NCBI RefSeq assembly: GCF_004010195.1
Contig: NC_057749.1
Span: forward strand, 9,956,728 to 10,020,727
Direction of reading: 5' to 3'
DNA: 64,000 bases
Source of the DNA: Chiloscyllium plagiosum
Taxonomy: Eukaryota
Numbering within the stretch: the stretch's first letter is position 1; each line of letters starts with the position of its first letter. Below the pieces are notes generated by a model, which saw nothing but the letters and a program-made list of their open reading frames with translations, did not search any database and was not told the origin of the DNA. This document shows, piece after piece, positions 52,162-64,000 of this stretch. Made by a program: the position numbers and the translations under genes.

Positions 52162-52296
52162 CTTTCAGAGTTACATTTACTCCTTTTAACCCAATGTGAA
52201 TCCCAACTTCTGCTTTGACATTCTCCTTGCTGAAGGATTTGTACGTTGTATTCACTGTGACATAGCCTCTCTCCCAGTCATTGGTGAAATTGACAG
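52162..52296 (-). CDS. DUOXA: Dual oxidase maturation factor coding exon 3
   Basis: ctttcag|(A)VNFTNDWERGYVTVNTTYKSFSKENVKAEVGIHIGLKGVNVTLK G|gtagag; 135 nt. Confidence 0.95.
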
Positions 52297-52417
52297 CTGA
52301 AAGAGAAATACAAAGGAAATTATTTGGCTTGCTCTCCATCAAAATGGGAAGAAATACTTTGCTGATCCTTGTCTTCAAAGTGCATTCAACAACCCGAATC
52401 ACAGCCATAAGCGACCT

Positions 52418-54990
52418 AAACATAGAACATAGAACAGTACAGCACAGAACAGGCCCTTCAACCCACGATGTTGTGCCGACCACTGATCCTCATGTATGCA
52501 CCCTCAAATTTCTGTGACCATATGCATGTCCAGTAGTCTCTTAAATGCCCCCAATGACCTTGCTTCCACAACTGCTGCTGGCAACGCATTCCATGCTCTC
52601 ACAACTCTCTGTGTAAAGAACCAGCCTCTGACATCCCCTCTATACTTTCCTCCAACCAACTTAAAACTATGACCCCTCGTGTTAGTCATTTCTGCCCTGG
52701 GAAATAGTCTCTAGCTATCGACTCTATTTATGCCTCTCATTATCTTGTATACCTCAATTAGGTCCCCACTCCTCCTCCTTTTCTCAAATGAAAAAAGTCT
52801 GAGCTCAGTCAACCTCTCTTCATAAGATAAGCCCTCCAGTCCAGGCAGCATCCTGGTAAACCTCCTTTGAACCCTCTCCAAAGCATCCACATCTTTCCTA
52901 TAATAGGGCGACCAGAACTGGACACAGTATTCCAATGCGGTCTAACCAAAGTTTTATAGAGCTGCAACAAGATCTCACGACTCTTAAACTCAATCCCCCT
53001 GTTAATGAAAGCCAAAACACCATATGCTTTCTTAACAACCCTGTCATTTGGGTGGCCATTTTAAAGGAGCTATGTACCTGCACACCAAGATCCCTCTGTT
53101 CCTCCACACTGCCAAGAATCCTATCCTTAATCCTGTACTCAGCTTTCAAATTCGACCTTCCAAAATGCACCACTTCGCATTTATCCAGGTTGAACTCCAT
53201 CTGTCATCTCTCAGCCCATCTCTGCCTCCTGTCAATGTCCCGCTGCAGCCTACAACAGCCCTCTATACTGTCAACGACACCTCCAACCTTTGTGTCGTCT
53301 GCAAACTTGCTGACCCATCCTTCAATCCCCTCATCAAAGTCATTAATAAAAATTACAAACAGTAGAGGCCCAAGGACAGAGCCCTGTGGACACCACTCAC
53401 CACTGACTTCCAGGCAGAATATTTTCCTTCTACTACCACTCGCTGTCTCCTGTTGGCCAGCCAATTCTGTATCCAGACAGCTAAGTTCCCCTGAATCCCA
53501 TTCCTCCTGACCTTCTGAATGAACCTACCATGGGGAACCTTATCAAATGCCCTGCTGAAGTCCATATACACCACATCCACAGCTCGACCCTCATCAACTT
53601 NNNNNNNNNNNNNNNNNNNNNNNNNNNNNNNNNNNNNNNNNNNNNNNNNNNNNNNNNNNNNNNNNNNNNNNNNNNNNNNNNNNNNNNNNNNNNNNNNNNN
53701 NNNNNNNNNNNNNNNNNNNNNNNNNNNNNNNNNNNNNNNNNNNNNNNNNNNNNNNNNNNNNNNNNNNNNNNNNNNNNNNNNNNNNNNNNNNNNNNNNNNN
53801 NNNNNNNNNNNNNNNNNNNNNNNNNNNNNNNNNNNNNNNNNNNNNNNNNNNNNNNNNNNNNNNNNNNNNNNNNNNNNNNNNNNNNNNNNNNNNNNNNNNN
53901 NNNNNNNNNNNNNNNNNNNNNNNNNNNNNNNNNNNNNNNNNNNNNNNNNNNNNNNNNNNNNNNNNNNNNNNNNNNNNNNNNNNNNNNNNNNNNNNNNNNN
54001 NNNNNNNNNNNNNNNNNNNNNNNNNNNNNNNNNNNNNNNNNNNNNNNNNNNNNNNNNNNNNNNNNNNNNNNNNNNNNNNNNNNNNNNNNNNNNNNNNNNN
54101 NNNNNNNNNNNNNNNNNNNNNNNNNNNNNNNNNNNNNNNNNNNNNNNNNNNNNNNNNNNNNNNNNNNNNNNNNNNNNNNNNNNNNNNNNNNNNNNNNNNN
54201 NNNNNNNNNNNNNNNNNNNNNNNNNNNNNNNNNNNNNNNNNNNNNNNNNNNNNNNNNNNNNNNNNNNNNNNNNNNNNNNNNNNNNNNNNNNNNNNNNNNN
54301 NNNNNNNNNNNNNNNNNNNNNNNNNNNNNNNNNNNNNNNNNNNNNNNNNNNNNNNNNNNNNNNNNNNNNNNNNNNNNNNNNNNNNNNNNNNNNNNNNNNN
54401 NNNNNNNNNNNNNNNNNNNNNNNNNNNNNNNNNNNNNNNNNNNNNNNNNNNNNNNNNNNNNNNNNNNNNNNNNNNNNNNNNNNNNNNNNNNNNNNNNNNN
54501 NNNNNNNNNNNNNNNNNAGGTTCCAATCAATATTGGGAAAGTTAAAGTCACCCATTACAACAACCCCACTACGTCCACACTTTTCCAAAATCTGCCGACC
54601 TATGCTTTCTTCCATCTCCCTGCTGCTATTGGGGGGCCTGTGGCAAACCCTCAACGAGGTGACTGCTCCCTTGCTGTTCCTAATTTCCACCCATACTGAC
54701 TTGGTAGGCAGATCTTTCTCGACAATGGAAGCTTCTGTAGCTGTGATACCCTCTCTGATTAGTAGTGCACACCCCCTCCTCTTTTACCCCCCTCCCTATT
54801 CTTTTTAAATGCTCTAAACCCTGGAACATCCAGCAACCATTCCTGCCCCTGAGAAACCCATATCTCTGTTATGGCCACAACATCATAGCACCAGGTACTG
54901 ATCCATGCTCTAAGTTCATCACTTTTATTCCTGATACTCCTTGCGATAAAGCAAACACACTTTAACTGATCCCTTGGTTCCTTCCCAGGA
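52418..54990 (-). mobile_element. Long CR1 LINE (endonuclease + RT) spanning the assembly gap, in DUOXA intron 2
   Basis: APE motifs ARSIRNK...DVVAITE.W and MGDFNFPNIDW right of the gap; [29 protein letters not shown] left of the gap; frameshifted. Confidence 0.9.
53601..54517. other. Assembly gap (917 N)
   Basis: Run of N. Confidence 1.
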
Positions 54991-55215
54991 AAGCTTCCTA
55001 TTTTCTTACTTCCCCAGCAGCATTTCTCCTGTAACTTTGAATTGCCTTCTATAATTTTCAATGTTATTTAATTTTCAAGTTTTTGCAACTTTTTTTCTAT
55101 TTATTCACAGGATGAGGGTGTTGTTGGCTAGGCCAGCATTTATTGCCCATCCTTAATTGCCCAGAGGGCAGTTAAGAGTCAACCAACTAGAATCACATGA
55201 AGGCCAGACCAGCTG

Positions 55216-55385
55216 AGAAGCCACACAACACCAGGTTATGGGCCAACAAGTTCATTTAAAGCCACAAGTTTTTGGAGCACTGCCCCTTCATCAGGTGAAG
55301 TCTGATGAAGGAGCAGCATTCCGAAAGCCTGCAATTTTAAATAAATCTGTTGGACTATAATCTGTTGTTGTGCGACTTCTGACTT
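55216..55385. mobile_element. Palindromic element with back-to-back hammerhead-like motifs (separate family)
   Basis: CTGATGA-AGGAGCAGCATTCC-GAAAGC at 55302-55328 (+) and its inverse tcatcag at 55288-55294; inverted arms agaagccacacaacacc / tgttgtgcgacttct. Confidence 0.65.
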
Positions 55386-56664
55386 TATCCACTCCACATT
55401 ATGATCAAGTCAGGATGGCGGTTTCCTTCCCTAAAGGACATTAGTGAACCTGTGATGGGTTTTTCCAACAATGGACAACAGCTTCCTGGTCATCATTAGA
55501 CTCTTAATTCCAGATTTGTTTTTGAATTCAAACCTCACCATCTGTATCACGATAGGTTTCAACCCTGGGTCCCCAGACCATTACCTGGGTCTCTGGATTA
55601 ATAGTCTAGCAATAATTCTACTAGGTCAACACCTCTTTATGGCTAATGTGCCATTTATCGATGTCAAATTTGTACTGATGTTTTATACTATTAAAATTAT
55701 TGTTGCTGACAAAAGCCTATTTGTAAACAAGTGGTCCTAGAATTAAACTTTACTCAGTATAATATTTAATTACAAATTGAAATATCATAAGCATATACCT
55801 CCTATCTTGATGATATCTAGTTTTGGTAGATTTGCTCAAGTAAAAAACTATTATTAGCCCTTTGCACTTTTAAACATATTCAGGTTGTGAAATTGCTTTG
55901 TATCTAAATATTATAGTTCACAAAGGGGCCAATTGCCCCATTACCTTGTTCCGCTGCTTTAGCTTTTTAAAGGTTTCACTCATGGTCTGCATTTGGCTTT
56001 TGTACGCCAGACAAAGAATAACTACATTTCCAGGTTGAGTGGGCAACTTCCTAATATCTACTGTTCCTGACCAGATACCAACATCCTGAAACTCCTGGGC
56101 TTGGGAGAGACAGAGAAGGATGGCATTCTGTTGGATTCTGAGGCAATTGGTTTCCCTCCTGAAATAACTGCACGGAGGCCAGTATCCAATCACCAAGTCT
56201 CCCTTTATTTACACTTGCACTGTACATGGACTCTGCCCAGCAGGCTCAGTGCAAGGGTGAAGAGACTCTCTAATTCTCCTGTTTATATCTGTCAGCCAGG
56301 CCTCCTGATTAGCCCAGGGTAACAACTCCAGTCATGACCCTCATACCAATCACTACACCTACCCTTCTTTTTTAAAATCACAATAGGAAATGTCTTGTGC
56401 CTGCATCCAGCACCCCATCTCTGTCTGTTCTGATTTAATGAGGCAAGATGAACTTAGATTAACCTCGCACTACCCCCTTTACTGTAGTTGGATGATTACT
56501 GAATTCAATTGTAGATCAAACAATTCTACAATAACCACTTTAAAATACTGGTTATTGGAAAAAAGGCTTGGCATCCACTCTGAGGCACCATTCACCTTCA
56601 CATTCCTAAGCAGAGTAAATACACATGAGGATCAGTAGTAATCACAGGACCCACTCTTTTGTGT

Positions 56665-56953
56665 AGATTAGATTCTATAGTGTGGAAACAGGCCATTTGG
56701 CCCAACAAGTCCATGCTGCCCTCCAAAGAGTAACCCACCCAGACCCATTTCCCTCTGACTAATGTACCTAATACCATGGGCAATTTAGCATGGCCAATTC
56801 ACCTAACATGCACATCTTCAGACTGTGGGAGGAAACCCACACAGCCATGGGGAGAATGTGCACACTCCACACAGACAGTCACCCTAGGTTAGAATCTAAC
56901 TTGGGTCCCTGGTGCTGTGAGGCAGCAGTGCTAACCACTGAGCCACTCTGCCG
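56665..56953 (-). mobile_element. HE1-type V-SINE
   Basis: Head, V-domain and tail all present. Confidence 0.85.
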
Positions 56954-57270
56954 TACTGAAGACTCTAGCTCCAGAACAAGTACTTCCTATTGTACTTAAC
57001 TGGCAATAAAATCCTAGTATTTCACTGTCCTTTCACTGGTCATTCCTTCTCAACATTACATTCTGGCTTGCTCCTCTCTTACCAAAGCATTATGCCGGCC
57101 AAGTTAACGTTGTACAGTTTCAACTGTTCCTTCGGTGAAATTTGTGGCCATAACTTGACTCAGAGCAGGACTGAGTGATGCAGCACATTGCTGCACTGTT
57201 GGGCTCTCCTGGAAGGTGTTTTTTTTTGGCAATGGAAAGCAGCCTTAAGAGTGGATACTGAGATACTCAC

Positions 57271-57328
57271 CAACAATGATGGCACCGATGAAGAGACTCA
57301 GGGTAACCCTTATGAACCAGTGTAGTTT
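57271..57328 (-). CDS. DUOXA: Dual oxidase maturation factor coding exon 2
   Basis: ttttccag|KLHWFIRVTLSLFIGAIIV G|gtgagt; 58 nt. Confidence 0.95.
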
Positions 57329-58648
57329 CTGGAAAATGATCAGACAGCATCCATTAGTAAAGAAAAGAGACATTGTAAGCACTGTGCCTCACCAATATTT
57401 CATCCATAAGACCATGAGATGTAGATGCAAACACAGGCCATTTGGCCCAACAAGTCCACTCTGCTTTTTAGTGCCAAGGTTGAGCCATTGTCCGTTCACC
57501 ATGAGGTTGCCTGGGCTATCATATGCAAGCACATTGAAATGGTACTTAAAGAAACAAACTGGTGTTACTTCTTGCATTCCATACATTCAGTGTTTCCAAT
57601 TCTCAATTCCCAGCACTTTTGACTATGAAGCCAAGGAAGTTGTGATCTGGGGTTTGAGATTCATGTAAACTTATTGACTAAAGGCAGAAAAGCTTGATTT
57701 GAGAAGAGGCACAGTCACACAACATGGGTCTAACTCCAAATGAACCACGTCTGAGTAGTGTAATAAAGGAATGGCAGTGTAATACAAAGTTTTTAGGGTT
57801 GATGCAGAGAGGTGTTACTTCTTGTGGAACAGCCGAGGGACAGAGGGCAGTTTCTCAGAGTAAGGGCTCACTCAGTTAAGACAGAGATGAGAAATCATTT
57901 CTTCTATCAGAGGGTAGTAAATCTGTGGAATTCTTTGCAACAGAGCCGATAGAGGCTGGATTGTTAAGAGTATTCAAGGCTGAGACAGAGATTTCTAATC
58001 GGACAGGGAACCAAGGGTTATGGGGCAAAGGCAAGAAAGTGGAATGGAGGATTATTGGATCAGCCATGATCTCATTGAATATCAGGGCAGATTCAACGGG
58101 CTGAATGGCCTTTATCCTACATCTTACGGTCTTAAGTTTCAATCAAGTGGAATTAACCATTAATGTTGTTAATCTATTGTAGAACTAATTTCAGGTAAGT
58201 GTGAATTTGTAGCACAAGGACATTAGGAAACATTTTCTCCCCACTTCTCTTGTGGACAATTTTAAAATGGGCAATTTTTCTTTTTATTCATTCACACCAT
58301 GAGGGCTGGCATTTATTGCCCATCCCAGAGGATACAAGTCAACCACACTGCCGTGGGTCAGGAGTCACACGTAGTCTAAGGATGACAGTTTCCCATCTTC
58401 AAGGACATTAGTGAACCAGATGAGCTTTTTCAAAATTGACCATGGAATTCATGCTCATTATTAGACTCTTAATTCCAGACTTGAAGCCAGGACCCCAGAA
58501 CATTAGTTGGGTCTCTGGATTAACACTCTTGCTGATAATACTGCTAGGCCGTTGCCTCACCATGTGGGAGCTAGGATGCCAACTGCATTTTGAACAAAGT
58601 CCTTCATGATTTGGGATCCAAAGGGCATATTTAAGTTGGGTTTTTTTT

Positions 58649-58944
58649 TAGATTACTTACAGTGTGGAAACAGGCCCTTCGGCCCAACAAGTCCACACCA
58701 ACCTGCCACCCACCCATTCCCCTATGTTTACCCCTTTACCTAACACTGTGGGCAATTTAGCACGGCCAATTCACCTGACCTGCACATCTTTGGACTGTGG
58801 GAGGAAACCGGAGCACCCGGAGGAAACCCACGCAGACACGGGGAGAATGTGCAAACTCCACACAGTCAGTCGCCTGAGTCGGGAATTGAACCCGGGTCTC
58901 TGACGCTGTGAGGCAGCAGTGCTAACCACTGTGCCACCGTGCCG
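58649..58944 (-). mobile_element. HE1-type V-SINE (full length, well preserved)
   Basis: Near-identical inverse of 63491-63793. Confidence 0.9.
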
Positions 58945-59071
58945 GGTTAGGGAAAGAAAAAAATATGATGTTACATAGAAAAGTAATTCTTCAGTTGGTT
59001 GTACTCTCAGAAGATGATATTGAAAATGCAATTATGGTCTGCATTTGTGCTGGGCTGAGTGCATCTAGATA

Positions 59072-59280
59072 CAGTCTGTTCTGATATAAGTTCTGTTCCC
59101 ATGTGATTCTACATTATAAGTTCATGGAATAACAGCACCATTTAAACCAATGGGTCCAAAATCGTGTTATAGCCAATACAGGTAAGGAAAGCTTGCATTC
59201 TATAAATAATAGCCTTAATTCGTCAATCACATTATAGCCAATTCGCATTGAAGAAACACACATTAATGCAGAACCAACTG
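59072..59280. mobile_element. Tc1/mariner-pogo (Tigger-like) MITE
   Basis: TA|CAGTCTGTTCTGATATAA ... TTAATGCAGAACCAACTG|TA: imperfect TIRs beginning CAGT, with TA duplication. Confidence 0.65.
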
Positions 59281-59731
59281 TATTGGTGATGTAGAATTAT
59301 ATGGACAGAGGACGCCACTTGGCCCATCAAAACAGTGCAGAAAGAGCTATCCAATTAACCTTTCTCTACCCTGCTCCTTCCCATACACCAGTGAGTTTTA
59401 TTTTATTGCTCTTTGAATTCTCCCTTGAAAGTTAATATCAAATCTCCTTCCAGATCATAACAACTCAAGGAGTTAAAAACATAGTTGCGCCATATTTTAT
59501 CTTAATTCTGCTTACCAAACTTGCTGCTGAGAGATTAAATTTCTCTTTGCTTAATCTATCAAAGTTTCTCCATTTTCAGCATTTCTATTAAAACTTCTGG
59601 AAACCTTCTCTGCTCCAAAAACTCATTTATGAACCCACCTAAACACATTTATTGAAACCATTTTTATTATTATACATTTTCTGGTGATTGCAATGCTCTA
59701 AAGTTAAACTGCAGGTAAAACAAGTACTTAC

Positions 59732-59878
59732 TTCTATCCCACGAATGCCTATCAATATGACAAGAAAGGCCGCTAGGAAGACCAAAAAGATAATGATGAC
59801 CACAATTTGGATGGTGTTGAGCACCACTGGTGTCCTGGATGTTGGATAGAAGGGGAAAATGCCATCATAAAAAGTCAT
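59732..59878 (-). CDS. DUOXA: Dual oxidase maturation factor (DUOXA1/2 family) coding exon 1
   Basis: MTFYDGIFPFYPTSRTPVVLNTIQIVVIIIFLVFLAAFLVILIGIRGIE|gtaagt; 147 nt. Exon sizes 147/58/135/214/215 match recalled DUOXA structure. An acceptor at 59901-59903 implies an upstream non-coding exon. Confidence 0.95.
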
Positions 59879-62702
59879 CTCTGTTGTCCTTTGTGTAGAC
59901 CTGAAAATAAAAGTTGAAAATGTTACAGTTTGGAGTGTACCCAGAGTGAAACAGCTAAAAGAAATTACCTTGATTAGGAATGCTATTACTTGGAGCCATC
60001 TTACAGAGGAATATGGGACAAGCTAATATTCGATGGATTATGCCAGGAAGCATAATGGAATTTCTCTCAATGATATAATTGAAAAACATCGTAAAACTGA
60101 AGTATGTAAGAGTCAAACACATTTTGAAAAGGAATCAAACTTGTGGATTGGTAGTGCAGACTTGCATTTTCAGTGCAAAGCTTGTCCAATCAGAATCAAC
60201 CCGTTTGATTTAAAGTTTAGACAAAACCTTGCAGCTAATTATCAATCATCACAAATGGTGCCTTCTTGATGACAATGCCTCTGTCAATCAGTCAAATGTG
60301 TCAAACAGTTGGCACTCTCCTGTCATAGAGAATAATTAATGGTTCAGCATCATTCAGAGGGAAATGGGACTGGATGGGTTACTATTTGGAGGGTCGGTGT
60401 GGATTTGTTGGGCCGAAGAGTCTGTTTCCACGCTGTAGGGAATCCAATCTAATCCTTTAATTGGTATACTTATGAATTATCCTGATTAGAACAGGATGAA
60501 AGGCTTTGACAAGATGAGCGGTTTTCTTTTCAGCAATTTTCTCAAATGTGTTGAATTCTTCCATGAAACAACAGAAGGGATAACGTGGTACATGTAACTG
60601 TATCTGTATTTTCAATCAACCTTCAGAAAAGATACTGCAGGGTGTATTAATGACTAAGGTAGGGATGTGAAGTAAGGAAGCAAGAAGCAAGCTGGTTCCA
60701 CAAGCAAAATTATAAAGCAAGAAGCAAAGAGTAACGATTAAGCGTGGTTACTCAGACTAGAAATAGAAAGCAGGATCAATGGTGGAACCACTGCTGCAAG
60801 CTAATTACATAAACCATTGTGCTCAGCAATCAAAGCGCAATTTTAATATTTGTGGATGACATCAAAGAGAAGCTGTACTTAATAACAAGGTGGACTGGGA
60901 CAAGATACAGGATTACAACATTAATAAACTTGCAAAGTCTGTGCATAATTGGCAAATATAGATAAGTAGGAGCTGTGGTTTTTAAAATTGCTTAATGAGA
61001 TGTAGGTGTCAGTGGCATGGCCAGCCATTTGTTGCCCATCCCAAATTATCATTGACCTGAGTGGCTTACTAGGCCACTTCAGAGGGAAGTTATGAGTAAA
61101 CCACATTGCTGTGGTGCTGGAAACACATGGAGGCCAGGTAATGATGACAAATTCCCTTCCCTTAAAAAGGATGCTAATGAACCAGTTCGGTTTGGACAAC
61201 AATTGATTGTAGTCTTAATGTCACCATCGCTGAAATTAACTTTCAATTCCAGGATTATTAATCAAATTCAAATTCCACCACTCTTGTGGTGGGATTGAAC
61301 ACATACCTATAGACTTTTTAGATTACTAGCCCAGTGACATTACTACTCTTCCACCAACTCTCCCATCTTTGCTCCCTCAACATCCCCAAATATTTGACTG
61401 AAATGATAAAGGAGGCTGAAATACTCAAAATGATGTGTAGAACAGAGGAATACAGGGATTAAAGATAAACTATTAAATGTAAGGAGTTGTGCAGCAGAGT
61501 CATATCAGATTCGAAATGTTAACTCTGTTTCTTCACAGATGCTGCCAGGCATGCTGGGTTTCTACAGCACTTTCAGTCTTTGTATTAAATGTAGTGCTAC
61601 AGGTTAATAGGGACATAAAATTACTTCTAAAAAAGGCAGTGTGATTCATTTAGAATTTAAAACTGAATAAGGTATGGTAAACCTGAGTAAAGACTTGGTC
61701 AGATCAGACATGGAGTGATGACAGTCTTAACTAAATGATTATACTTTGCCAGAAAGAGTAAACAAGTTGGGATTCAATGGTCTAAAAACAATCAGAAGGA
61801 TGAAGTATGGCCTGATTTAGCTTTTCAAGATTCTTTGTGATTCTAAGGAGTGTGATAATAAATCATGATGAGGTTTCCTCTGGTGGGAGTTTCCAAAACA
61901 AACACTTATTAAAAATAATAGTGAGCAATAAATCAAACAGGGAAGCCAGGAGAAACTGCTTGACAAACAAGTTTTAGACTGTGGAACTGGCTGCTACAGG
62001 AGGGAGAGAAGGAGCTGGGAAGTATGAGAGGAGGCTTGTGAGCAGCATAACCACTGAATTGTAGAATTTGGGATTGTTGGTCTTTTTCACTGCTGCAGCT
62101 TCCGTATGATTCTGTGAAGAATGACACTTAGGAATCAGGAAACAAAGTTATTTCTCAATCCAAGAAGGATATTTCTCTAGAAATGTGGAGGCCAATGAGG
62201 GTGGTGGGTGGGGGGAGCGACCTGTTAAAACTCGTGAATATAATCCAGTACGTGTAGGCAAAGGAACAGCCTTTTACAGTATCAATGCCACTGTAACTTC
62301 AGATTGTGACAATGCTAGAGAGACACACCATTTAGCTTCACTTTCAAAATTGGAAGAAACAAAACTAATTTGTTGGTCGGGTCTGTACCTGGAGAGATAA
62401 GCTCTTGTCTATGTTAATACCCACATGTGTGACTGGCTTGCTGCTCTAGCTCTCACTTTCATAATTTCTACATGACCCCAATTTTCATCGATTCCTTTAT
62501 GAAGTTGGTTACATCTCACTCTCAACGCTTCTCCTCAACAGGTATCAAAAACTGAGGAAAAGTGGTAAAATAGCAAGGTCTCATATGGGTATATTTCCAC
62601 TACTATTGTCTCTTTTTCAGCCTTGGAGTCTAATTCTATTTGCCTTTTGCAATAGCTGGAATTAGTCTAGATTTGAACATAAGCATAACCAATAAAACAC
62701 AA

Positions 62703-63090
62703 ACAAAAACAGACATTGCTGGAAAAGTTCAGCGCGTCTGGCAGCATCTGTGGAAAGAAATCATAGAGTTACAAAGTCATAGAGATGTACAGCATGGAAA
62801 CAAACCCTTTGGTCCAACTCATCCATGCTGACCAGGTATCCTAAATTCATCTAGTCCCATTTGCTAGCATTTGGTCCATATCCCTTTAAACCCTTCTTAT
62901 TCATATACCCAACCAGATCCTTTTAAATGTTGTAATTGCACCAGCCTCTACCACTTCTGAGGAAGGGTTATTCAACGTGAAACATTAACTCTGATTTCTC
63001 TCCACAGGTGCTGTCAGACCTGCTGAGCTTTCCCAGCAACTTCTGTTTTCATTTCTGATTTACAACATCAGCAGTTCTTTCAATTTTCAA
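62703..63090. mobile_element. Palindromic hammerhead-family element interrupted by a CR1 3' fragment (~62775-62957, -)
   Basis: Left arm gctggaaaagttcagc..ggcagcatctgtgga; right arm CTGAGGA-AGGGT..GAAAC..ctgctgagctttcccagc. Confidence 0.7.
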
Positions 63091-63490
63091 TGAGACACAA
63101 ATTCCACACTAAACTGCAAACCCATAATGTTCATCTACCCTTCTTTAAAGTTTATAGACAATTGTGGAATGTGCAAGAACATAAGGGCAATGAGGATTAG
63201 ACCATTCAGCCCATCAAGTCTGCTTTGCTATTCAATATCAGCATGGCTGATATCCCCCTCCTGGAATACTACCTAATTCAAATCTGTCTCTTCTGTTGGA
63301 TTTACTGCTTTCATAAGAACTTTCCAGTTTACAGCCTGTGCAGGTTTTATCAGTACTGCAGAAATCTGAAACCCTCCCGTCCCATGCTTCCAGCCATTAT
63401 GCTGACAATCCCAATCCTGCTCCCCACATTACAGTCCAATGGTTGGCATCATCCAGGATGAATTGTTTTTAATATTCAATCACATGTATG

Positions 63491-63793
63491 GGGGGCACAG
63501 TGGCACAGTGGTTAGCACTGTTGCCTCACAGCGCCGGAGACCTGGGTTCAATTCCCGCCTCAGGCGACTGACTGTGTGGAGTTTGCACGTTTTCCCTGTG
63601 TCTGTGTGGGTTTCCTCTGGGTGCTCTGGTTTCCTCCCACAGTCCAAAGATGTGCAGGTCAGGTGAATTGACCATGCTAAATTGCCCATAGTGTTAGGTA
63701 AGGGGTAAATGTAGAGGTATGGGTGGGTTGTGCTTCGGCGGGTCGGTGTGGACTTGTTGGGCCTGTTTCCACACTGTAATGTAATCTAATCTA
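63491..63793 (+). mobile_element. HE1-type V-SINE
   Basis: A/B boxes, V-domain, (TAATC)n tail. Confidence 0.9.
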
Positions 63794-64000
63794 GGTGTGG
63801 CTGAAAAGGACAACATATTTTGCTCATCCCAATTGTCCTCGATAAGGTGGCATTGAGCTGATGTCTTGAACTGCTTGCATTTCATCTGGTATGGGTACAC
63901 TCTCAGTATCGCAGAGGTGCATACTCCTTACTCTGGTACTTCTCAATCTCTTAAGAGCCTCAATCCTACTCATACCCTGGTCTATCTACTCTGGGTGTGC

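Noticed and set aside
53353..54808. Long 310-445 aa ORFs
   Set aside because: Artefacts of translating through the N gap; the flanks are CR1 sequence
62542..62665. Hydrophobic 26-aa ORF MGIFPLLLSLFQPWSLILFAFCNSWN* after an acceptor-like site, as a DUOX signal-peptide exon
   Set aside because: No convincing donor before the stop and no downstream DUOX motif (e.g. YDGW) in the window

Overview
Vertebrate genomic DNA, very likely an elasmobranch/shark, judging from abundant HE1-type V-SINEs and CR1 LINEs. Three spliced genes are supported. (1) The terminal coding exon of an ERGIC-53-family lectin (590-626, +, ...NRREINSKKFF*), most likely LMAN1L by synteny. (2) A complete 3-exon complexin-3 (CPLX3; 16639-38190, +, 156 aa, C-terminal CCLM). 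(3) A 6-exon dual oxidase maturation factor (DUOXA; 59878-47227, -, ~339 aa), convergent with CPLX3. The rest is dense in repeats (CR1/L2 LINE fragments, HE1 and other tRNA/Deu SINEs, two decayed Penelope-like elements, a TA-flanked MITE, a possible solo LTR), with a 917-N gap. Most notable: a family of ORF-less palindromic Penelope-derived elements carrying minimal hammerhead-ribozyme motifs and target-site duplications, one copy with a strand-specific T>C cluster resembling fixed ADAR hyper-editing; a long-spacer RE1/REST site at the CPLX3 5' end; retention of KKFF in the LMAN1L-position gene; and an 87-88 bp minisatellite built from an internally inverted SINE head. All calls come from manual reading and recalled family sequences; no searches were run, and repeat boundaries are approximate.
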